From the NCBI GenBank assembly GCA_052035175.1, contig JBPOHV010000001.1:169569-233568 (forward strand): a stretch of 64,000 nt of DNA, written 5' to 3'. Positions within the stretch are counted from its first letter, which is position 1. Each line of letters begins with the position of its first letter. The notes under the pieces are model-generated. The model ran no database searches. It worked only from the letters and a program-made list of their open reading frames with translations, and was not told the origin of the DNA. Shown here in pieces: positions 39,973 through 48,799 of this stretch. The DNA comes from a candidate division WWE3 bacterium (GTDB lineage Bacteria; Patescibacteriota; WWE3; UBA101185; UBA10185). Position numbers and translations under genes: made by a program.

Positions 39973-40010
39973 CTACTACAGATTGTAGTTGCTATTCAAA
40001 AAATATTCAA
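39973..40010 (-). promoter_or_regulatory. blaI promoter with second operator
   Basis: TTGAAT(40010-40005)-17-TACAAT(39987-39982); ACTACA-GAT-TGTAGT (39975-39989). Confidence 0.8.
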
Positions 40011-40053
40011 GTTAAGGATTATAAATGATCCTTATGACTGTTCTAATCTGCAC

Positions 40054-40827
40054 TTATGGATCTTTAGGCTCCACTTTCTGTAATGTATCTCTGGTTAGTC
40101 CTTTTGTTTTTATTAGTTCCCTTGTTGAAAGGTAAAAATGTAGCCTTGCTTCATCCTCAAGCTTCTTTCGAATCTCTTTATGCAAATAGTTTTTTGACCG
40201 ATCATCTGGGCAGACAAAAATAATTTCTGGGAATGGTTTATCAGTGTGATCCTGCCAGTACTCATTCTCGTAATAGTCAAAATATTGCTTAACTCGCTTA
40301 TAAAGAACATTTTTCGGTGGTAATTCATCAAAGATATCAAGGAAGTATCTTTTTGTTCTCCCATTTGCTTCTTCGATTGAAAAATAAGCATCGGGATTGG
40401 GCAGGATAAGATACTGCATATCATCTAAATCCACTTTGGTATAAAAATTCAGTTTGGCTTTGGTTTTGTTAGTGAGTTCAACTAAAGAAAGATAAATATC
40501 TGCTACAAACAAACAGTGGTTTTTAAACTGTGTTGATAGCGTTGGTTCCCTCCAAACTCGATCCAAAAGCTCAGGCTTCACTGTACTGAATTTGTCTGGA
40601 TTACTCTTCAAATACTTTCTGCCTTTTAATCCTAATGAATACAGAGCTGGTATGGTAACTGTTTTGGGATTGTAATAACGTCTGATGTGTCCAGATTCGG
40701 TTAGTTCGTTGAGCCAGATGATAATGCGGTTGAAGTGTTTGTGATGGAGTAGATGTTGGATGTGAATACGGTGTAAGAAACGGAAGCGATAGAGATAATT
40801 AAATATGTTGTCGTGTTGGTTGTTCAT
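40054..40827 (-). CDS. Replication-relaxation family protein (putative relaxase)
   Basis: LYRFRFL N-terminal winged helix, H.L..AD, PDAYF motif; sits right after the coupling protein. Confidence 0.75.
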   Translation of the reverse strand: MNNQHDNIFNYLYRFRFLHRIHIQHLLHHKHFNRIIIWLNELTESGHIRRYYNPKTVTIPALYSLGLKGRKYLKSNPDKFSTVKPELLDRVWREPTLSTQFKNHCLFVADIYLSLVELTNKTKAKLNFYTKVDLDDMQYLILPNPDAYFSIEEANGRTKRYFLDIFDELPPKNVLYKRVKQYFDYYENEYWQDHTDKPFPEIIFVCPDDRSKNYLHKEIRKKLEDEARLHFYLSTRELIKTKGLTRDTLQKVEPKDP

Positions 40828-40956
40828 AAATAAAGATAGTAAAAATAATAAATACTTAGACTTTCATTCCTTCTCCTTATATATAAGGATATAGAGGTAG
40901 TACATTTCCATATTCCAGCCTTAAAATCAACCAATTCCAGTGTAAACACGCTTACA

Positions 40957-43503
40957 CTAACTCAAGGTATCTACATCCGTATAAAGTGTAGGCTGATTAC
41001 CATGTTTCTTCTCAGTTTTTGACTCAGATCGTATCGTAGTTTGTACAACGGGACTTTTATACTCGACAGCAAAGTTCTTTCGTGAGGCTTCAATCACTTC
41101 GTTTGCTTTTTGCATATTTTCTTCAATCTTGACAGGAATAGTAACCCCCGAAAACGGCTCTTCTGGATTAAGTGCGCCAAGTCTTATATAGAAATGGTAT
41201 GAAGGTAAACTGGCTATTTCTCCTTGTTCAATATATGGCCTAAACTGTGGCAAGATCATTCGTTCGTCTTCTGGGTTTGCAGTCCTAAAACAAATAACTG
41301 TTCCTGTATTAGCCAGGGTTACATTTACAAGTGACGTTTCTTCGAGTTGTGAAGTTGTTTGATGGGCAAGGATTGCGCCTAACCTATATTTTCTTGCTTC
41401 CGAAAGAATTTGCGCAAATGCAGGTGTGGCAAAGTTTTGGAACTCGTCAACATATAAATAGAAGTCTTTTCTTTGCTCTTGAGGGATCCTAGCTCTCTTT
41501 AAAGCTGCAAGTTGAATCTTGGCCATAATCAATACTCCAAATACCTCTGAGTTATCTTCTCCAATCTTTCCTTTGGAGAGATTGCACAAGAGTATTTTGC
41601 CTTCGTTGAGAATCGTGTCAAAGTTGACAGTCGATTTACCTTGTTCAAGTATTCTCTTGGCAGTTGGAGAAAACAGAAACCGCCCAATCTTATTTGTAAT
41701 CGGAGAGATCATTTTCACTTTCTGATAATCACCAGCCTTGGCAAACTCATACTTCCAAAAGTCTTTCAGGTTTTCATCAACGATGTTTTTAGTGACCGAA
41801 TTTCTGTAGGGTGTATTGATAAGTAACTTGTAGACAGTAAACAGTGTGGCATCTGGAACTGTAAAGGCAGTATGAATAGTATTTCGGAGGATATATTCCA
41901 TTCTCGGTCCAGAGTACTTATCAGAGTAGATTTTATGGAACACAGAGATAATGCTTTCTGCAATAAATTCTTTTTCTCTCACGGCATCTTCCGCACTTAA
42001 TCCTTGGGTTAATTCGAGTAAATTAATCCCCATCGGATAGCTAATGTCGTCTGGATTAAAGTACACAACATCTGGTATTCGCTTTGTAGGAATAGTTGAT
42101 AAGGCTTGTTCTATTAAATCTCCATGCGGATCTATCACACATAGACCTTTGCCGTTATGAATATCTTGATTAATCATGGATAAGAGCATGGTTGATTTAC
42201 CTGTGCCCGTAGCTCCCAAAATATATACATGTCGCCTTCTTTCATCTAAAGATAACCCGATATTTGTACTACTTCCTCCATAGGTATTTTTGGCAAATAT
42301 AATGTCTAAATCCTGAGCACGCTTGAGTGAAACCGGAGCTGGAAGTTCTTTACTGTGCAGTTTAACCAAGTCTTCAGTTTTAGTTGTACTCGTAAATGGC
42401 AAATGATAGATATCACTTATTTCTGAAACTGAAAGAATAGAATTGCTAAAAATACCAAGCAACCTATTTCTGAAAAGAAATGTCTTTAATGTTTTTATTA
42501 ACCTCAGTTTGATGTGCAATGACGGAATGATTGCCTGATATCCAGAATTACCAAAGGAAGAAAGAGCTGAAATGAACCCTCGTTCTCTTTTGCGAATTTC
42601 AGCGTAGTTGTTTCCCACAATGAGTAAGCGAATAGAAGTAGTAAATAATTGTTGATCTAGCTTTTCTTTTACCAACTGCTCAAGCTCCATTTGATAGGGA
42701 TTATCAGTTTTCTTTTGATTTCTATTTAGGAAAAAAGACCAGAATGGTTTTCTTTTAATATTCTTCAAAAGATCACTGTTTGAATAAATAAGTTGTGAGA
42801 TTCGAGAGATATCTTTTACCAAAGATTTGGTTACTGGCGATACCACCAACTGGAAAGATACTAATTCATTTTCTTCCAGCTTGGTCATACTTCCTGTGGT
42901 GTAAGCAATGGGATCGTGTTTCTCTAAGACGGCTTGCTTCTTTAAGGGAAAGGCAAAGTGGTTTGATAATTTAAATTCTGTGATTTTAAGTAAGGACTTT
43001 CCAATGCCGCCAAAACCGTAATCATCAACTTCTTTAACACTCACTCCTGGAAGATATGAAAATAGACTCTTTTTCAGTAAGTCCGCATCTTCAGACACGA
43101 TCCGAATCAAATATCTGATTCCTTGGTCTTTTGTCGCCACAATCTCGAATGAATAGCTATTACTAAGTCCTAATACTCTCGACCAAAAAGTTCGCTGACG
43201 AGCCAGACCATGAATGAGGTTAAATAATTCCTGTGTAGTATATGGACTTTGTTCTGTGGTCTTGAGCGGTTTGACTTCAAGGATAGTGTAGTTTTGTCTC
43301 AGTTGCAGTTTTATGTGAAACAACTTAAACAGAAGGAGTAAATCGAGTGCAATAAGTAGAGCCAAGAGAAGATATACAAAAACAATAGACACAAGAGGCC
43401 AGGATCCAGAAATGTGTACTTGAGAAAGAAATGAAGAAACTTGCGGAAAAAGTTTAGAAAAAAGAATATTGTTAGTGAATAGTTCTTGTAATCCTGTATT
43501 CAT
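40957..43503 (-). CDS. VirD4/TraD-like type IV coupling protein
   Basis: RRHVYILGATGTGKS, IDPHGDL, LYVDEFQNF, EARKY. Confidence 0.92.
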   Translation of the reverse strand: MNTGLQELFTNNILFSKLFPQVSSFLSQVHISGSWPLVSIVFVYLLLALLIALDLLLLFKLFHIKLQLRQNYTILEVKPLKTTEQSPYTTQELFNLIHGLARQRTFWSRVLGLSNSYSFEIVATKDQGIRYLIRIVSEDADLLKKSLFSYLPGVSVKEVDDYGFGGIGKSLLKITEFKLSNHFAFPLKKQAVLEKHDPIAYTTGSMTKLEENELVSFQLVVSPVTKSLVKDISRISQLIYSNSDLLKNIKRKPFWSFFLNRNQKKTDNPYQMELEQLVKEKLDQQLFTTSIRLLIVGNNYAEIRKRERGFISALSSFGNSGYQAIIPSLHIKLRLIKTLKTFLFRNRLLGIFSNSILSVSEISDIYHLPFTSTTKTEDLVKLHSKELPAPVSLKRAQDLDIIFAKNTYGGSSTNIGLSLDERRRHVYILGATGTGKSTMLLSMINQDIHNGKGLCVIDPHGDLIEQALSTIPTKRIPDVVYFNPDDISYPMGINLLELTQGLSAEDAVREKEFIAESIISVFHKIYSDKYSGPRMEYILRNTIHTAFTVPDATLFTVYKLLINTPYRNSVTKNIVDENLKDFWKYEFAKAGDYQKVKMISPITNKIGRFLFSPTAKRILEQGKSTVNFDTILNEGKILLCNLSKGKIGEDNSEVFGVLIMAKIQLAALKRARIPQEQRKDFYLYVDEFQNFATPAFAQILSEARKYRLGAILAHQTTSQLEETSLVNVTLANTGTVICFRTANPEDERMILPQFRPYIEQGEIASLPSYHFYIRLGALNPEEPFSGVTIPVKIEENMQKANEVIEASRKNFAVEYKSPVVQTTIRSESKTEKKHGNQPTLYTDVDTLS

Positions 43504-43550
43504 GCCTACTTTTTTTAGGGCAACATGAGCAGGCTTATATTACTGAGGGA

Positions 43551-43579
43551 AGTATATATCAGGGTTAGTGTATTGGCAA
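43551..43579 (-). promoter_or_regulatory. Sigma70-type promoter of the virD4-relaxase unit
   Basis: TTGCCA-17-TATACT. Confidence 0.65.
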
Positions 43580-43581
43580 AA

Positions 43582-43863
43582 TTATTTGCCTGAATCAGCC
43601 CTTGATGCAATTTTTTGAATTTTTTGAGCGATTTCTTCTTCAACACCTAAATCCCTAGTTACTATTGTAAGGGCACCGTACATGAGCTCTGACCGACTCG
43701 TCTCCTCTGGAAGATTGAGCATCTGAGCTAATACTCCAAAAGAATGATCAATTAAAAATTGATTTGGAGAGTGATCAAGAAGCAATAGCATGCACTGTCC
43801 CAGTTGATGAGAGATACCTTGTGCAGGGGTTTCTGTACCTCTCCTATTTGCTTCTAATGGCAT
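43582..43863 (-). CDS. Hypothetical protein
   Basis: 93-aa ORF with GAGG SD. Confidence 0.5.
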   Translation of the reverse strand: MPLEANRRGTETPAQGISHQLGQCMLLLLDHSPNQFLIDHSFGVLAQMLNLPEETSRSELMYGALTIVTRDLGVEEEIAQKIQKIASRADSGK

Positions 43864-43919
43864 ATTATTACCTCGTTAGCCAAGTATTATATATCCTGGT
43901 CAAAACATTTTATAGGCTC

Positions 43920-43947
43920 TTGACAAGGTTATCTCAAAATATTATAT
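43920..43947 (+). promoter_or_regulatory. Candidate promoter of the orf58-integrase operon
   Basis: TTGACA-16-TATTAT. Confidence 0.5.
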
Positions 43948-43993
43948 TATCTATATATGGATAGTGTAAATTAAAGATTTATCTGATTTTGAT

Positions 43994-44170
43994 ATGGGAA
44001 GAGCAATACGTAAGGTAACTACAACTAAAAGAAAATCTCCGAAAACCCCTACTCCTTTATTGTCTCTTGAAGAGCAACTGAAAGTTTTTGCCAATGTTAT
44101 CGTAGATAGAATCTTAGAAGAACAGCAAAACGGCAATGTTTTATTGAGTAAGGAGAAACAGCATGGATAA
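43994..44170 (+). CDS. 58-aa basic protein coupled to the integrase (candidate directionality factor)
   Basis: Hand translation MGRAIRKVTTTKRKSPKTPTPLLSLEEQLKVFANVIVDRILEEQQNGNVLLSKEKQHG*; 8-nt ATGGATAA overlap with the integrase start. Confidence 0.65.
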   Translation: MGRAIRKVTTTKRKSPKTPTPLLSLEEQLKVFANVIVDRILEEQQNGNVLLSKEKQHG

Positions 44171-45848
44171 TGTAGCACGCCAAGAAAATGCGGTTGCAGC
44201 AATTCGAGTATCTTCTATTAAACAAGGCCTACAAGGCGATTCTCCAGAGCACCAAAAGGAGCAGATAGAACGCTTCGCCCAGGCTCATAATATTCATATT
44301 AAGAAATTCTTTATTTTCATGGAATCGGCTTCAAAAGAGGAACAGCCAGTCCAAGAAGCTATAGATTATTGTAAAAGTTCAAAAAATAACATTCAACTTT
44401 TCGTTATCAAATCTATAGATAGATTTACCCGCGGGGGTTCATACCTCTATGACCATTTAAAGATGCAACTAGTGAAATACAACGTTCAACTAGTGGATAT
44501 TTACGGGGTAATTGGTAGTCAGGAAGTAAACACCCTTGAACATTTGGGGATTGAATATGACTGGAGTATATATAGTCCAACCAAAAAGTCAGAAATCCTT
44601 GAAGCCGAAAGAGCAAAAGATGAGATGCGAGATATTATGACCAGAATGATTGGTGCAGAAATTCGCTATGTCCGATTGGGATTTAGAGTTCGGCGTGCTC
44701 CCTACGGTTATATGAACGAAAAAGTTGAAACCTCACATGGTAAACGAGTTATTCTAAAACCCCACCCCGAAGAATCACAGTGGATTTTAAAAATGTATGA
44801 ACTTCGTTGTCGAGGTACGATGACTGATCAGCAGATTGTAGACGAAATAAATACATTGGGTTTTCGTTCTAGAAAACAATATAGACGAAATCCTCAAGAC
44901 AGGACTAAAGTCATCGGTGAAACAGGTGGAAATAAACTTATCCTTAAACAATTCTGGCGTTACGTTGAAAGTCCTATCTATGCAGGGGTAAATGTTGAGA
45001 AATGGACAAATGGTCAGCCAATAAAGGGTAAGTTTCAAGGTTTAGTACCTATTGAAATGTATAACAAAGCAAACAAAGGCAAAGTCACTCTCACAGAAGA
45101 AGCTGGTGAAGTACGATTATGGAAAAGAAAGCCAGCAGAATGGTACATAAAGAAAGATCCAAACAATCCAGCATTTCCCTATAAAAAGTATGTCACCTGC
45201 ACTCACTGTCAGAAACCTTTTTTTGGAAGTACTTCAAAGGGTAAAAGATTAAGATATTCTGCATACCATTGTAATAGGGGGCATAAATACTACCGTGTAC
45301 CAGTAAGTGAATTTAACGAAACTATTGAGACCTTCGTAAAGGGTGTAAAGCTAAATATGACCCCTGAATATATTGAAGAACTGAAAAAGTATGTTCTAGA
45401 GGCTTGGAATAGCCGTACGGAAGGAATTAAAAAGGATGCAGTAAACATTGATACAAAAATTCAGGAACTACAAATGGCATCGAAAGCTACCGCAGATAAG
45501 ATACGCTTTCTCAGTTCAGAAGTAGCCATCAAATATATGGAAGACGATTTAGTAAAGATTGATGGGGAAATAAAGCAATTAGAAGAAACAAAGGTTCAAA
45601 AAGATACAAAATCTACAAATATGGAGTTAGTGATGAAATACATAGAATACTTTTTGGAACACCTTGAAGATTTATTGCTGGGAAGCCCAAACCCTCTTAA
45701 AAGAGCTGCCTACTTTGGCCTACTCTTCGATGGACTGCCTACATATCAAGATTTGTGTTTTGGAACACCTAAATTAGCACCATATTTAGGACTAAAACAG
45801 CAGTTTGCTACTGCCTTACTCCCTAATGGTGACCCCACGGGGAGTTGA
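44163..45848 (+). CDS. Large serine recombinase (integrase), integrated-state form
   Basis: IRVSS catalytic Ser, DRFTR, APYGY, recombinase domain, CTHC...YHC zinc ribbon, coiled coil; last codons read antisense into tRNA-Glu. Confidence 0.93.
   Translation: MDNVARQENAVAAIRVSSIKQGLQGDSPEHQKEQIERFAQAHNIHIKKFFIFMESASKEEQPVQEAIDYCKSSKNNIQLFVIKSIDRFTRGGSYLYDHLKMQLVKYNVQLVDIYGVIGSQEVNTLEHLGIEYDWSIYSPTKKSEILEAERAKDEMRDIMTRMIGAEIRYVRLGFRVRRAPYGYMNEKVETSHGKRVILKPHPEESQWILKMYELRCRGTMTDQQIVDEINTLGFRSRKQYRRNPQDRTKVIGETGGNKLILKQFWRYVESPIYAGVNVEKWTNGQPIKGKFQGLVPIEMYNKANKGKVTLTEEAGEVRLWKRKPAEWYIKKDPNNPAFPYKKYVTCTHCQKPFFGSTSKGKRLRYSAYHCNRGHKYYRVPVSEFNETIETFVKGVKLNMTPEYIEELKKYVLEAWNSRTEGIKKDAVNIDTKIQELQMASKATADKIRFLSSEVAIKYMEDDLVKIDGEIKQLEETKVQKDTKSTNMELVMKYIEYFLEHLEDLLLGSPNPLKRAAYFGLLFDGLPTYQDLCFGTPKLAPYLGLKQQFATALLPNGDPTGS
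45652..45770 (+). repeat. Two copies of TTTTGGAACACCT (45652-45664, 45758-45770); third copy at 17993-18005
   Basis: Exact 13-mer matches, read in two different frames (FLEHL versus FGTP). Confidence 0.85.
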
Positions 45849-45901
45849 ACCCCGATTACCAGATTGAGAATCTGGTGTCCTAACCGCTAGACGATGGGGC
45901 C
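45827..45901 (-). tRNA. tRNA-Glu(CTC), ICE target
   Basis: GGCCCCA/TGGGGTC acceptor stem, CCAGA-TTCTCAA-TCTGG anticodon arm, GGTTCAAC T-loop, CCA. Confidence 0.97.
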
Positions 45902-45973
45902 AAAGCTTTGGCAGCTAATGCTTTAACAACAGGATTTTACCATATAGGCTTGTCGAGTATATAATAGTATTAC

Positions 45974-46393
45974 ATGGCACTGAGTTTTAAAAACAATATA
46001 TTAATAGTCACATTACTTTCGTGTGTATTGGCTTTGACATACGCAAATTTTTCATCATACCGCCCCAAAATACTCAAAAGAGTGCAAGAAGTAAAAGGCT
46101 CTCACACACAGATTTTGCGCACATTACCGTATCCAGAAAACTCTCAAAACATTTCTACAAATGAGAACTCAGATTCTATTCAGATGACTTTTGAAACACA
46201 ACGCACGCCCGATGCGTTGCAGCAATTTTATAAAACTATTTTGCTCGACGATGATTGGATTTTGATCTCTGAGTACATAACACAAGACTCACAAATTGCA
46301 ACGTATGAATCGGAAAATCAGAAGATTGATATCAAAGCAACTACTGCGACAGATAAATCTACAATTGCCAGCATCGAAATTGTTGGTAGGTGA
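45974..46393 (+). CDS. Exported hypothetical protein
   Basis: N-terminal TM, LPYPENS, FYK..L...DW. Confidence 0.65.
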   Translation: MALSFKNNILIVTLLSCVLALTYANFSSYRPKILKRVQEVKGSHTQILRTLPYPENSQNISTNENSDSIQMTFETQRTPDALQQFYKTILLDDDWILISEYITQDSQIATYESENQKIDIKATTATDKSTIASIEIVGR

Positions 46394-46448
46394 CATTTTC
46401 AATGAAGAAATACTAATGTAAGAAAGAAATGGTTTATGTTTCAGCTAT

Positions 46449-48221
46449 TTATTTTTTAGTTCCTACCAAAAACACAGCTCTCCAAGGTTGATAGCGTGTA
46501 GTGTATGTATCTGTATTTATTGTTTCACCATCTCTAGTAACAGTGCGCGTGAAACTTACGGTTGCACCCCATGCACTAAAGTCGACTTGTTTAGTGACCC
46601 CTTTTGGTAGAGTTGGATCGTCTTGATACAACGCTTCTGGAGGAGCAGTTTGATTTGTAACAATTGGTTCTGTAAGTTCTACTTTTCTATCATCTGGTGT
46701 TCCATAAATCGTAAATTTTAAAGAATAGTCTTTGGGCTGCGCATCGGCTTGTATCAAAATATAATTTTGTGTGTCGTTTTTAAATTGAAAATCAAGCGAT
46801 GGTTGATAGACAGAAGCATCGAGTCCAAGCGGGCTTTCGATTTCATAATAACGTACGCGATATGCATGAGGGTATCTTGCTACTACTGGGAGTCCACTAT
46901 TTAACACTGCTCTAAATAATGTTGTAGATGTTTGACATACACCACCACCGTCTCCTAAAACTGTGCGTCCGTTACTTATTACATAAGCCGTAGCGTACCC
47001 TGTTGCTCTGCTGATTTCTCCCACAGATTTGTTAAAAGAGTAAGTTCCTCCTGGAGGAACCAATATTCCGTCTGTTCTTTCTGCTGCTAGTACAAGATTA
47101 TGTACGCGTTCTGTACCAGATCCTGTATATTTTGAAACACCTTCTCCTAGCTTTGCGAGTATGCCGTATTTTTCTTTTGTTGGGGCGTCAGTAGGTTTTG
47201 TCGAAATTGCAAGTGTCGCATCTTTAAAAGTTTTGAAGTATAGATCTTTGAATTCCTCTTTAAATTTGGTTTCGTCTATTTCTGTTCCTTGATCTATAAT
47301 TTCAAACTCAGTTACTTTATCGTCTTCTGTTTTTGTGACATGACCTTTGGGTAATTTGTTTACATCTTGTCCGATCAATTTTACAAATGCATCTAGCTTG
47401 GGTTTATTTATAGTGAGTAATACTTTATTATCTTTTTCTAATGTGAATTCAATAAAGTCTAACAATTGTTTTTTTTCTACTAATATCTTTTTATCATCAT
47501 AAGTTAGTGTGATAGTTTTGTTGACAATACTTTTGACATCATCGAGTAGAGGAGATATTTGTTGTTCTACAATAGTGGGGTTGTCGATATGTACTGGCAA
47601 AGTCTTTTTTGCAAAATCGAGCCTATTGTATGATTCGATTGCAATATTATATAAATCTTCTTTTGATACGCGTCGCCCGATTGTAGAAGGAGTTATTATA
47701 ATGTTTTCTTTTTCATCAAAAGCAACTTTTGAATTTTGACCTTCTTGATTTACTTCAGCCTTTATATACGAAAATTCTTTATCCAATAAATCTGTGTCAA
47801 TATCGTATCTTGTTGGTAGGTATAATGACTTGAATATTCCAGCAAATTTATCTTTTGTATCTATGAAAAAATCTTTTGTGCGGCCGACTTCAAAAGCTCG
47901 TGTAACGGCAGATTCCCAATCGTAAGAAAAGTTTACGTCTTGTGGTGTAATATCATAAGTTTTTGATTCAAATTCAAATGTAATAGTTTTGTCGAGTTGT
48001 TCTTCACTCTTCTTTAATAAATCTAGCGCTTGATAATATTTCATTCCTCCGACGTGGACATTTCCTATAACCACTCCAGGAATTATTCTTTTTGCAAATG
48101 CAGCATGATATATGCCTACCAATACTAAAACACCATAAAACAAAAAGATTGCTTTTGATACTTTTGTATTGTTAAGCGTAGTAACGCTAGGCCATTTTAT
48201 ATTAAATCTCTTTAACAACAT
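46449..48221 (-). CDS. VanW-family protein with peptidoglycan-binding repeats
   Basis: YSFNKSVG, GGGVCQTSTTLFRA, R.PH, DASVY. Confidence 0.92.
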   Translation of the reverse strand: MLLKRFNIKWPSVTTLNNTKVSKAIFLFYGVLVLVGIYHAAFAKRIIPGVVIGNVHVGGMKYYQALDLLKKSEEQLDKTITFEFESKTYDITPQDVNFSYDWESAVTRAFEVGRTKDFFIDTKDKFAGIFKSLYLPTRYDIDTDLLDKEFSYIKAEVNQEGQNSKVAFDEKENIIITPSTIGRRVSKEDLYNIAIESYNRLDFAKKTLPVHIDNPTIVEQQISPLLDDVKSIVNKTITLTYDDKKILVEKKQLLDFIEFTLEKDNKVLLTINKPKLDAFVKLIGQDVNKLPKGHVTKTEDDKVTEFEIIDQGTEIDETKFKEEFKDLYFKTFKDATLAISTKPTDAPTKEKYGILAKLGEGVSKYTGSGTERVHNLVLAAERTDGILVPPGGTYSFNKSVGEISRATGYATAYVISNGRTVLGDGGGVCQTSTTLFRAVLNSGLPVVARYPHAYRVRYYEIESPLGLDASVYQPSLDFQFKNDTQNYILIQADAQPKDYSLKFTIYGTPDDRKVELTEPIVTNQTAPPEALYQDDPTLPKGVTKQVDFSAWGATVSFTRTVTRDGETINTDTYTTRYQPWRAVFLVGTKK

Positions 48222-48744
48222 TTCTTGTACTCGATCGGGCTTTTCCTATCAAAAACTTTTGAGGGAGTTTTGACATATCTATTACGTAATCGGCTTCTTC
48301 AAATAATTTAGCTGACGCAGTTTTTCCAAAAGCAATTACTTCTGTGCGCACGCCTTGACTATGCGCATATTGTAAAAGGTCTACATAATCACCGTCGCCA
48401 GATACTAACACCATTACGTCTATTTTTGAAACCATTCGTACGACGTCCATGCACAACCCTACATCCCAATCGCCTTTTTTTGCACCGTCATAAAAGACCT
48501 GGAGTTCTTTTTCTTTTACTTCAAAGCCTATTTTGTAAAGTGCGTCAAAAAAATCTCTTTCTGTGCCTACGTCTGCTTTTATTACATATGCAAAAGCTCT
48601 TATAAGTTGACGATTATCTACTCCTTCGCCCAAAACAGCTCGAAAATCTACTTTGGCAGAGTAAAGGTTTTTGGCTGAGTAGTACATATTTTGAATATCT
48701 ACGAATACTGCGACTCTTTGTTGTTTGTGTCTTGTATAATCCAT
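48202..48744 (-). CDS. NYN/LabA-DUF88 PIN-domain protein
   Basis: VFVDIQN, KGDWDV, LVSGDGDY. Confidence 0.92.
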   Translation of the reverse strand: MDYTRHKQQRVAVFVDIQNMYYSAKNLYSAKVDFRAVLGEGVDNRQLIRAFAYVIKADVGTERDFFDALYKIGFEVKEKELQVFYDGAKKGDWDVGLCMDVVRMVSKIDVMVLVSGDGDYVDLLQYAHSQGVRTEVIAFGKTASAKLFEEADYVIDMSKLPQKFLIGKARSSTRNVVKEI

Positions 48745-48799
48745 GTTGTTATTTTATATCAAGTTGCCATATATACAAAACAGTGTATATTTGGTCTAT

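Larger units (their letters stand above)
17973..45838. mobile_element. Integrative conjugative element (~27.9 kb) inserted at the 3' end of tRNA-Glu
   Basis: Terminal direct repeats TGGTGAGCCCAC (17973-17984) and TGGTGACCCCAC (45827-45838); serine integrase, relaxase, T4CP, VirB4, VirB6-like, pilin and M23 genes inside. Confidence 0.9.
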
